From Propionibacterium freudenreichii subsp. freudenreichii (GTDB lineage Bacteria; Actinomycetota; Actinomycetes; Propionibacteriales; Propionibacteriaceae), in the NCBI RefSeq assembly GCF_000940845.1, contig NZ_CP010341.1:2550001-2582000 (forward strand): DNA of 32,000 nucleotides. Reading direction: 5' to 3'. Positions 17,359 through 24,942 of the stretch are shown here, one piece after another (position 1 is the stretch's first letter; every line of letters starts with the position of its first letter). The notes beneath the pieces were generated by a model. The model searched no databases, was not told the origin of the DNA, and saw nothing but the letters and a program-made list of their open reading frames with translations. The translations under genes were made by a program, and so were the position numbers.

Positions 17359-18066
17359 TCACCTCGTCGGTTGCGAGGACGGGGACATGTTGTGGTTCAT
17401 GCTGCCCATGTCGTGGTTCATGCCGGACATGCCACCCATGTCATGGGTCATGACGCTCGACGACGTGTCACCTCCCAGGACTGCCGGATCGACCATCCCG
17501 AAGATCATCGCCACGTGGGCCACCACGAGGAAGGCCGCCACCATCGCCACGTGCATCCGCAGACGGTTCTCACTACTGCGGCCCAGGACCCCCGCCTCGA
17601 GGAGACTGATCACGAGCATGGGCAGGCCACCGACCAGGTAGCTGAGGACCGCGATGACATCAGCCGGGCCGCGCCATCCCCCATTCATGGTCAAGGGCAC
17701 CACCGCGTGGACCATCAGGTGCGTCCCGATGAAGACCCACACGGGACCGGCGAGCAGGCCAGCAGCCCGACTGAGCCTCGCCACCCACGGGGCTGCGGGC
17801 CGGTCATTGCGGCGCCCCAGCAGCATGACCAGTTCCGTGATCGCCAAGGTCTCGGCCAGGATGACCGGGAGGGCCATGAACAACAGCAGGTTCCACGGTT
17901 GCCGCACCGCGAGGAGTTCCATGTAGTGGGTCATCGCCATGCCAGCCATGCCCGAGCCAGCAGTCAGGTCGGGCACGGCCAGGGCCAGCCCGACCGCGGC
18001 CACGCTGGCAATTCCCAGGAATGCGAGGGACCCACGAGCCAGGGATGAGGATTCATTCGTCGTCAT
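17359..18066 (-). CDS. Polytopic membrane protein with a C-terminal Met/His-rich tail; function unknown, presumably copper-related
   Basis: ATG at 18066 preceded by ggagg; 235 aa with about 6 hydrophobic segments. The tail VMTHDMGGMSGMNHDMGSMNHNM carries repeated M-x-HDMG-x-M motifs. It is the first gene of the co-directional copper cluster. Confidence 0.7.
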   Translation of the reverse strand: MTTNESSSLARGSLAFLGIASVAAVGLALAVPDLTAGSGMAGMAMTHYMELLAVRQPWNLLLFMALPVILAETLAITELVMLLGRRNDRPAAPWVARLSRAAGLLAGPVWVFIGTHLMVHAVVPLTMNGGWRGPADVIAVLSYLVGGLPMLVISLLEAGVLGRSSENRLRMHVAMVAAFLVVAHVAMIFGMVDPAVLGGDTSSSVMTHDMGGMSGMNHDMGSMNHNMSPSSQPTR

Positions 18067-18100
18067 GCCGCCAAGCCTCCAGGCGGCATGTCGAGCACGA

Positions 18101-18128
18101 GCAAGACAGTGTGAAGAAATGATCAAGA
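18101..18128 (-). promoter_or_regulatory. Three direct TCTT(G/C)N repeats with 11-bp phasing; candidate OmpR-type regulator binding site
   Basis: The minus strand reads TCTTGAtcatt TCTTCAcactg TCTTGC. On the plus strand these are gcaaga 18101-18106, tgaaga 18112-18117 and tcaaga 18123-18128. They lie 35-62 nt upstream of the 18066 start codon. Confidence 0.35.
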
Positions 18129-18297
18129 TCCACCGCGAACACCGGCTGTCACCCACCTCCCCCGTCCGGACCATCGATGCCCCGGACCTGTGCAGTACCC
18201 GCAGTGGCACAGAAACCCACCAGAAGTCGACCGGCACTCGGTTCGGCCGCCTCTCTGCCGTGCACTTCTCTCGATGGCCACGCCATGACCCGTCGAG

Positions 18298-19113
18298 TCA
18301 CAGAGTCTGGCGAGCTCGCGTGTGGGCGAGGCGATAGGAGTGGGTGCCGGTCTCGATGATGGTGGCGTTGTAGGTGAGGCGGTCGACGATCGCTGCGCAC
18401 AGTCGTGGATCGGTGAAGGTGTCGGTCCAGGCGGAGAAGGACTGGTTGGAGGCGATCGCGATGGCGTTCTTCTCCTCCCGCTCGGTGAGGACCTGGAACA
18501 ACAGCTCGGCCCCGCGCCGGTCGAGCTCCATGTATCCCAGTTCGTCAATGACCAGGAGATCCACTCTTCCGTAGCGGTTGATGGTCTTGGTGAGTTGCTT
18601 CTCGTCAGCGGCCTCGACGAGCTCGTTCACCAGGCGGGTGGCGAGGGTGTAGCGGACGCGGTAGCCCTGCTCGGCGGCGGCGGTCCCGAGTGCGATGAGC
18701 AGGTGGGACTTGCCGGTGCCGGAGTCCCCGATCAGGCACAGCGGGTCGCCGCGGCGGATCCAGTCCCCGGTGGCGAGCTCGTTGATGGTGGCGGGGTTGA
18801 TGTTCGGGTTCGCGGTGAAGTCGAAGTCGGCCAGCCACTTCTCGCGCGGGAATCCGGCGCTCTTGATACGGCGCAGGGTAGAGCGCCGGTCACGGTCGTC
18901 GACCTCGGCCAGGAGCAGCTCGGCGAGGAAGCCCTGGTAGGTGAGTTGTTCCTTGGTGGCGGTGGTGATCGCCTCATCGACGACGGACCGGATGGTGGGC
19001 AGTCGTAGGCGGCGGCAGGCCTGGTCGATCGCGGCCTGGGCGGCTTGTTCGGTGAGGCCGTGACGACGACGAAGACCGCCCGGACGGGAGCTGCTGGTGT
19101 TGGTGGTGGTCAT
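18298..19113 (-). CDS. istB: IS21-family helper ATPase IstB
   Basis: Walker A GDSGTGKSHLL and Walker B LLVIDELGY. The ATG at 19113 overlaps the istA stop. Confidence 0.9.
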   Translation of the reverse strand: MTTTNTSSSRPGGLRRRHGLTEQAAQAAIDQACRRLRLPTIRSVVDEAITTATKEQLTYQGFLAELLLAEVDDRDRRSTLRRIKSAGFPREKWLADFDFTANPNINPATINELATGDWIRRGDPLCLIGDSGTGKSHLLIALGTAAAEQGYRVRYTLATRLVNELVEAADEKQLTKTINRYGRVDLLVIDELGYMELDRRGAELLFQVLTEREEKNAIAIASNQSFSAWTDTFTDPRLCAAIVDRLTYNATIIETGTHSYRLAHTRARQTL

Positions 19114-20771
19114 GGGGTTCCTGTCGGAGTGTGGTGATGGGCTTCGGCGGTGGCCGAAGCGGGGTCGGGTTGGCGACGTCGCAACAGCTCGTCGTAGGCG
19201 GTGACGCTGGGCAGGGGCCAGGTGTCGGCCGGTAGCGCGGCGATCAGCGAGTTCGAGTCGGTGTGGCGGCGCGGTGGCAGGTTCACCACGGTGCCGCCGC
19301 GCTGCGGCGCGGGCGCGGTGTGGCTGACGCTGTGGCGTCGGGCCTCGACGGCGACGACGTCGGCCGAGACGGCCCCGACGGACAGGGCGCTGGTGATCCC
19401 GGCGATCACCGCCTCGGCCGGCAGGGAGCGGTGGAGCAGGAGCACGTCGATCAACTCCTGGGTGCCCGCGACGTCGCCGCTGGTCTTGCGGGCGGCAGCC
19501 CAGAACGCGTCGTGGGCGGCGGTGAACGCCCCCGCGGCTCTGGCTTGGGCCAAGGCGGTCGAGCCGGGGAACGCGCCGGGCTTGTGGCGCAGAACCTCGA
19601 GGTAGTGGTCCAGCTCGACCCGGGTCACCCCACGCGTGCCGAGGCGGGGATGGGTGGCGACCACGGTGCGGCCCTCGAACACGACCACGCACGAGGCCCG
19701 CAGACTGACCCGGACGCGCTGCCCGATCAGGTGCGCCGGAACGGAGTACTTGACCATGCGCACGGTGATCAGGGCGGAGCGGTCGACGCGCGGGTGGAGG
19801 ATCAGGCCGGGGTCGAAGTCATCGGCCGGCAGCGGCGCCAGGTGGTCGAGTTCGGCGCGGTAGTCCTGCCCGATCGTGTTCGCATGGCCGGCGATCCGGC
19901 GGGTGTTGTCGTCGACTTCCCAGACACGGATCTGGTCGTTGAGTTCGTCCAGGCTGGCGACCTCGGGCATCGGGGTGAGGTGGTTGCGGCGGAACCAGCC
20001 GACCTCGCCCTCGACACCGCCCTTCTCATGGGCGCCGTCGATGCCGGGCTGGCAGTAGAACGCGTCGAAGCCGTAGTGGGACTTGAACAGAACCCAGCGT
20101 TCGTTCTCCTCGCGGAGCCGGTCACCGCCATGGATTACCTGCACGACCGCGGACGTGAGGTTGTCGTAGCGGATGTGGCGGGTCGGGATGCCGCCCAGGG
20201 CGTGGAAGGCCTCGATGTGGCCCTCGAGGAAGGCTTCCTGCCCTCCGGTCGGGTAGACGCGGTGGATCGCCTTGCCCGAGTGCGACAGGCGGTAGACGAA
20301 CATGTGGCGCTTGGTCTTGACGCCGTCGAGGATCACATACACCTCGCCGAAGTCGACCTCGGCCTCCGCGCCGGGGGCGTGGTCCTGCGGCACCATCGCC
20401 TCCACCCGCCGCCCGGCCTCCAGCTCGATCTGCGCCCGCCGGGTCCTGACATAGTCCCGCACCGTCGAGTAGGACAGGTCCGTGGCACCGTGCTCGTCAC
20501 GCAACCTGGCCAGGATCCTCGTGGCGGTGTGGCGCTGCTTGCGCGGGGCGGTCAGGTCGTAGAGCAGCATCTGGTCGATCGCCGGCTTGTACGGGTCCAG
20601 ACGTGGTGCGGACCGTACCGGGGTCTTGCGGGGCGGGGGTTCGGCTGCCGCGAGGGCCTGGCGAATGGTGCGGCGGTGCACCCCGTGCTTGCGCGCGAGT
20701 TCGCGGATGGACAGGCCATCGACTCGCGCGTCGTGGCGGATGTCGGCAAACAGTTGCACTCGTGACCCCAT
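19110..20771 (-). CDS. istA: IS21-family transposase IstA
   Basis: 553 aa. The N-terminal HTH reads LSIRELARKHGVHRRTIRQAL, followed by a DDE catalytic region. The organisation is typical of IS21. Confidence 0.9.
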   Translation of the reverse strand: MGSRVQLFADIRHDARVDGLSIRELARKHGVHRRTIRQALAAAEPPPRKTPVRSAPRLDPYKPAIDQMLLYDLTAPRKQRHTATRILARLRDEHGATDLSYSTVRDYVRTRRAQIELEAGRRVEAMVPQDHAPGAEAEVDFGEVYVILDGVKTKRHMFVYRLSHSGKAIHRVYPTGGQEAFLEGHIEAFHALGGIPTRHIRYDNLTSAVVQVIHGGDRLREENERWVLFKSHYGFDAFYCQPGIDGAHEKGGVEGEVGWFRRNHLTPMPEVASLDELNDQIRVWEVDDNTRRIAGHANTIGQDYRAELDHLAPLPADDFDPGLILHPRVDRSALITVRMVKYSVPAHLIGQRVRVSLRASCVVVFEGRTVVATHPRLGTRGVTRVELDHYLEVLRHKPGAFPGSTALAQARAAGAFTAAHDAFWAAARKTSGDVAGTQELIDVLLLHRSLPAEAVIAGITSALSVGAVSADVVAVEARRHSVSHTAPAPQRGGTVVNLPPRRHTDSNSLIAALPADTWPLPSVTAYDELLRRRQPDPASATAEAHHHTPTGTP

Positions 20772-20820
20772 CTCGGCCTCCTCGCCTCACACCAGTGGAT
20801 GGGGACCAGCGTGGAGGGGC

Positions 20821-20908
20821 GGGGCCAATTCAGACCGTCAACACCCCGGCAGGCTGCACGTGGGGCCGATTCAGGCCGTCACAACGGGGCCAAACCAAGC
20901 TGTCACAA
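20821..20908. repeat. Three 23-bp direct repeats at the IS21 terminus (multiple transposase-binding repeats)
   Basis: ggggccaattcagaccgtcaaca (20821-20843), ggggccgattcaggccgtcacaa (20862-20884) and ggggccaaaccaagctgtcacaa (20886-20908). Confidence 0.8.
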
Positions 20909-20944
20909 CCAGGCGCCGCCGGTGCGGCGCAGGAGGTAGGTCAT
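20908..20944 (-). pseudogene. First 12 codons of a DppB/OppB-type permease, cut off by the IS21 end
   Basis: The minus strand reads atg acc tac ctc ctg cgc cgc acc ggc ggc gcc tgg t, giving MTYLLRRTGGAW, the canonical N-terminus of these permeases. It starts 62 nt after the binding-protein stop and runs directly into the IS21 terminus. Confidence 0.6.
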
Positions 20945-20973
20945 GGTGTGATCTCGCAGGTCGTGAGGTAGGT

Positions 20974-21007
20974 CAGGGCGTGGTCCGGGGCAGGGCGTGG
21001 TCCGGGT
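20974..21007. repeat. 17-bp tandem duplication
   Basis: cagggcgtggtccgggg (20974-20990) is followed directly by cagggcgtggtccgggt (20991-21007). The second copy touches the binding-protein stop codon. Confidence 0.85.
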
Positions 21008-22659
21008 CAGTCGGTGAGCCAGGTGTCGTAGAAGCGGGGTCGACCCACGGACTCGGTGGCGAAGCCCTGGACGGCCGCGGTGAGCCCGTACACCTGCGGC
21101 TCCTCGAAGAGCGGCAGGATCAGCGCCTGCTCGGCCAGGTGCCGCTGGGCCGCGGCGGAGGCCTCGGCCCGCCCCTCGGCCTCCGGCACGGAGGCGATCC
21201 GGGCCAGCAGCTCGTCCAGCTCCGGGTCGCCGACACTGCCGTCGGGGTACCCGTTGAGCAGGGTGTTGCGGTTGTCTGAGGAGTACTGGGACTTCAGCAC
21301 GTCGTAGTCCGAGCGGCCCACCATCGAGTGGTACACCTGCACGGTGCCGGGCTCGCCCCGGGCGGCGTCCTGCGCGGCCTGGTCGCCGGGCAGCAGCTGC
21401 ACGTCAATGCCGAGCTCGGTGGGCTGCCCCTGGATCAGGGTGACCACCTCCCGGGAGCGGGGCTGCGGGAGGGCCTCGTTGAACGTGAGGGTCAGGGGCT
21501 TGCCGTCCTTGGTGCGGGTGCCGTCGGCCCCGGCGCTCCAACCGGCCTCCTCCAGCAGCGAGGCCGCCTTCTCGGGGTCGTGGACGTAGTGCTCGGAGGT
21601 GTCCACATAGCCCAGGGCGGTGGCGGCGAGCGCCCCGGTGGCCAGGGGATAGTTGTCCGTGAACAGGGTGTCCACGATGGCCTGGCGGTCGATCGCGGCG
21701 ATCAGCGCCTGGCGGGTGCGCAGGTCATCCGGGGCCGGGTCGCGGAAGCGGAAGCTCAGGCCGTTGTTGACGCCGTTGGTGGAAGCGGCGTGCAGGCTCA
21801 GCCCGTCGGCCGCGAACTGGGGGTCGTCGGGCGCCTCGATCTGTCGGGCGATGTGGGCCTGCCCGGAGGTGACGGTGCCCACCCGCACGCTGTCCTCGGC
21901 GGCGACCACGTAGTCGATGCCGTCCAGCAGGGCCCGGCCCTCGCGCTGGGCGGTGGCCGGCGGTTAGGCGTAGTCCTCGCGCACCGTGAGGGTGAGGCGG
22001 GTGCCGATCTCCTCCGCGTCGATCACGAAGGGGCCGGAGCCGATGATGTCGGCGGCGTTGCCAGGGCCGAACTCCTCGCCGGTGCGGTCCAGGGTGGCGT
22101 TGGAGAGCAGGCCGGAGTTGATGGTGGAGACGGCCTGGGCGAACCCGGGCGAGGGTGCGGAGAAGTGGAAGCGGACCGTGGTGGGGTCCACCACCTCGCC
22201 GCGGTCGTAGTTGTTGATCGCCTCGGAGACGGTCAGTGCCCGATCGGGGTCGCCCGCGCCGTACAGGTCGAAGTTCTTCACCACGTTCTCGGCGTCGAGG
22301 GGGGTGCCATCGGAGTAGGTGACGCCCTCACGCAGCGTAAAGGTGTACTCGGTGGCGTCCTCGTTGACCTCAGGCAGGGCCGTGGCGATCCACGGGTGCA
22401 GCTCGAGGGTCTCGGGGTCCTGGTACAGCAGGCGGTCGGTGATGTTGTTGACCACGCCGCCGTTGGGGTAGAAACCGGCCGCCGGCGGGTACAGCGTGCT
22501 CCAGGTCTGCGGCTCCAGGTATGTCAGGGTGCCGCCCTGCTGCGGTTCACCGGCCGCAGCGTTGTCGCCGCCGGTGCCGGAACCGCAGCCGGCCAGCGCC
22601 ATCAGGGCCGGGGTGCCGAGACCGAGCGCGAGTGCTGAGCGACGCGTGAGGGAGGACAT
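21007..22659 (-). pseudogene. ABC transporter substrate-binding lipoprotein, family 5 (peptide/nickel), interrupted by a single in-frame TAA
   Basis: ATG at 22659 preceded by aggag. The signal and lipobox read LGTPALMALAGCGSG. ORFs 21964..22734 and 21007..21909 are in the same frame and are separated only by TAA (complement of tta at 21964-21966). The read-through ...REDYA*PPATAQREGRALLDGIDYVVAAED is contiguous family-5 SBP sequence. Confidence 0.8.
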
Positions 22660-22680
22660 GGGAGGGGCTCCTGGAAGTGC

Positions 22681-22716
22681 GGGGGCAGTCCGGGCGGCGT
22701 GCCGCGGACTGCCCCC
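22681..22716 (-). other. GC-rich hairpin in the 5' leader of the binding-protein gene
   Basis: gggggcagtccg (22681-22692) pairs with cggactgccccc (22705-22716): a perfect 12-bp stem, 22-57 nt upstream of the 22659 start. Confidence 0.5.
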
Positions 22717-22824
22717 GTGCACCACAGGTCCCAAAGAATCGCTAATGGCGGTTCATGGTGTGACATGGGGGCTCCGGAGCTCACCGGGGCTCCTGGCCCG
22801 CGCACCAGCTGCACTGCACCAGCA

Positions 22825-22874
22825 AAGGACGATTACGTTCCAGGACCTCGCGATCGTGGAACGGAATCGTCCTT
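22825..22874. other. Long, comparatively AT-rich hairpin/palindrome
   Basis: aaggacgattacgttcca (22825-22842) pairs with tggaacggaatcgtcctt (22857-22874): 17/18 complementary with a 14-nt loop. Confidence 0.5.
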
Positions 22875-22895
22875 CTTGTGACTGGACAGCACGAA

Positions 22896-22933
22896 GGCCA
22901 GGGCACCTGCAACACGTCGCAGGCGCCCTGGCC
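22896..22933 (-). terminator. Probable intrinsic terminator of the PNPOx-like gene
   Basis: ggccagggcacctgc pairs with gcaggcgccctggcc: 14/15 bp with an 8-nt loop. It starts 38 nt downstream of the stop at 22971 on the minus strand. Confidence 0.45.
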
Positions 22934-22970
22934 TCTGTGGCCCCGTCGCGGGGGGGCGGTTACCCGAGCA

Positions 22971-23456
22971 TCACAGCTCCGTGGTCCCCGTCCCGCCGGG
23001 GGTGTCGCCGCCGGTGACCTTGGCCTTGAGGATCTGGGCCACACCTGCGACCTTGCCACCGGGCAGGCCCCAGTACTGTGCGGACTCACTGGTGACCAGC
23101 ACCAGGGCCAGGTTCGGATCGTCCACGCCGTCGGGGAAGTAGCTCTTGGCGGAGTCGTCCCACAGCTCGGCGATCTTGGCGCGGTCCTCGACGAACTTGG
23201 CCCTGCCCGCCACGGACAACCAGGATCCGGCCTCGGAGACGTTGAGGTTCACCTCGGGGCCCTGACGCAGGGCGTCGGCCTGATCGCCCTGCAGGCCCAC
23301 GAACAGCCACACATCAGCATCGTCGGTGACGTCCTGGACGGTCATGGGGTGGGACAGCAGCTTGCCGTCGGCGCGGGCGGTGGTCAGCATGACGATGCTG
23401 GTGCCGCGCAGCTTCTCGACGACGTCCTGCTGGGTGAAGTCCTGGTCGGTGCTCAC
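22971..23456 (-). CDS. Pyridoxamine 5'-phosphate oxidase-like / general stress protein 26 family protein
   Basis: GTG at 23456 preceded by ggagga; 161 aa. SIVMLTTARADGKLLSHPM...VWLFVG...LNVSEAGSWLSVAGRAKFVEDRAKIAELW fits the split-barrel PNPOx-like fold family. Confidence 0.65.
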   Translation of the reverse strand: MSTDQDFTQQDVVEKLRGTSIVMLTTARADGKLLSHPMTVQDVTDDADVWLFVGLQGDQADALRQGPEVNLNVSEAGSWLSVAGRAKFVEDRAKIAELWDDSAKSYFPDGVDDPNLALVLVTSESAQYWGLPGGKVAGVAQILKAKVTGGDTPGGTGTTEL

Positions 23457-23742
23457 GGTTCCTCCATCGGGTCGAGCGGGTGGTCGAACGGGGTGCGGGC
23501 CCCTGGGCCACACCTGGATGAGCGGGCGCGCCGACGTCGGGCGGCCGCGCCCGGTGATGCGTCGACCGTAGGCTCCGCACCTGCGACGGGCACCCAGGAA
23601 CCCGACCGACCGGTCCCGGGATGCCAGGCAGCTCGTCGCGCACTCCGGCGGCCACCAGCACCCTTCGGGACCGGATGCGGGTGCCACGCCCCCTCGACCA
23701 TTCGGTCACAGCAGGCCGTCCGTTCATGGGGCCTGCATGTTG

Positions 23743-23748
23743 TAGCGT
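23743..23748 (+). promoter_or_regulatory. Candidate -10 hexamer for a leaderless transcript of the three-gene operon
   Basis: TAGCGT fits the TANNNT pattern and ends 6 nt before the GTG at 23755. Confidence 0.3.
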
Positions 23749-23754
23749 GGCCAG

Positions 23755-24942
23755 GTGACCCACACCTCCGGCTCCCCGCAGCGGGAGCACACCAGCAGCA
23801 CGCCCGCGGATGACCGGCCGCCCGCCACCCCCACCGAGGCGGCCACCAGCGGACCCGACATCCCCGTCGGCCTCGACAACGGCCCGGAGGGCCCGGGCGT
23901 CTCCGCGGCGGGGTTCGCGTCCCCCGTGCCCGCGATCGTGGCCGGGATCAGCGAGGCCATCGGGAACACTCCCCTGATCCGTCTGGACTCCCTGTTCCCC
24001 GACTCCGGGGTGGAGATCCTGGCGAAGCTGGAGTCGGTGAACCCGGGCGGCTCCACCAAGGACCGGCCGGCGATGGGCATGGTGCGCGACGCCCTGCAGA
24101 CCGGGCGACTGGCCCCCGGCGGCACCGTGGTGGAGTCCTCCTCCGGCAACCTTGGCGTGGCCCTGGCCCGTGCCTGCAACGCCCACGACGTGCGGTTCGT
24201 GTGCGTGGTCGACGCCCGTACCAACGCCACCACCGTGCGCACCATCCAGGCGCTCGGCGGGGAGATCGACCTGGTGTCCGAGCCCGATCCAGCTACCGGC
24301 GACCTGCTCACCGCCCGCTTCAACCGGGTCAAGGAGCTGCTGGAGGAGATCCCCGATGCGGTGAACCTGTACCAGTACGGCAATCCCGCCAATCCCCGTG
24401 CCCACTACGACGGCACCATGCGGGAGATCGCCGAGGCCACCGGGCACCAGGTGGACGTGCTGATGGCGGCGGTGTCCACGACCGGAACCATCGGCGGCTG
24501 CTCCGCGTACATCCGCGACCACGACATGAGCACCCGCGCGATCGCGGTCGACGCGGTGGGCTCGGTTCTGTTCGGTGGCACCGCCGCGCCCCGCCCCCTG
24601 CCCGGCATGGGTGCGGGCGTGGTCACCGAGCTGTCCCGCCAGGTTCAACCCGATCAGGTGATCCGCGTGGAGGGCCTGGACTGCGTGGTGGGCGCCCGGC
24701 ACCTGGCACGCAGCGAGGGCATCCTGGCCGGGGGCTCCACCGGCGGCATCGTGCATGCCCTGGGCGGGCTGATCCCCAGCCTCGAGCCCGGCACCCGCGT
24801 GGTGTTCGTGGTGCACGACGGCGGCGTTCCCTACCTGGAGACCGTGTACGACGACCAGTGGGTGCGGGAGAACCTCGACGCCGACACGGACGCGATCGCG
24901 GAGGGGATCGAGCAGCTGCGCAGGACCGCCCGCCGTGGCTGA
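23755..24942 (+). CDS. Fold-type II PLP enzyme of the cysteine synthase family (SbnA / Y4xP-like beta-replacement enzyme)
   Basis: IGNTPLIRL, the PLP-lysine block NPGGSTKDRPA, SSSGNLGVALA and the STTGTIGG phosphate loop are present. The N-terminal ~57 residues are Pro/Thr/Ser-rich, so an alternative GTG start at 23926 is possible. Confidence 0.8.
   Translation: MTHTSGSPQREHTSSTPADDRPPATPTEAATSGPDIPVGLDNGPEGPGVSAAGFASPVPAIVAGISEAIGNTPLIRLDSLFPDSGVEILAKLESVNPGGSTKDRPAMGMVRDALQTGRLAPGGTVVESSSGNLGVALARACNAHDVRFVCVVDARTNATTVRTIQALGGEIDLVSEPDPATGDLLTARFNRVKELLEEIPDAVNLYQYGNPANPRAHYDGTMREIAEATGHQVDVLMAAVSTTGTIGGCSAYIRDHDMSTRAIAVDAVGSVLFGGTAAPRPLPGMGAGVVTELSRQVQPDQVIRVEGLDCVVGARHLARSEGILAGGSTGGIVHALGGLIPSLEPGTRVVFVVHDGGVPYLETVYDDQWVRENLDADTDAIAEGIEQLRRTARRG

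Larger units (their letters stand above)
18189..20907 (-). mobile_element. IS21-family insertion sequence (istA-istB), apparently intact; the left boundary is approximate
   Basis: The istA/istB pair has an ATGA overlap. The istA-proximal end terminates ...tgtcaca (20901-20907) with three internal 23-bp repeats. The istB-distal end is tentatively placed at tgtgcag (18189). Confidence 0.8.

Noticed and set aside
19263-20765. 500-aa ORF on the plus strand
   Set aside because: It is antisense to istA. The composition (G/A/V/D/R runs) and the lack of motifs indicate a shadow ORF.
18186-20910. acc on both sides of IS21 as a target-site duplication
   Set aside because: Only 3 bp match, which is easily chance. 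The two flanks belong to unrelated loci, so they are not a simple insertion site.
21328-22638. 436-aa plus-strand ORF
   Set aside because: It is antisense to the substrate-binding protein gene and Gly/Val/Ala-rich. It is a shadow ORF.
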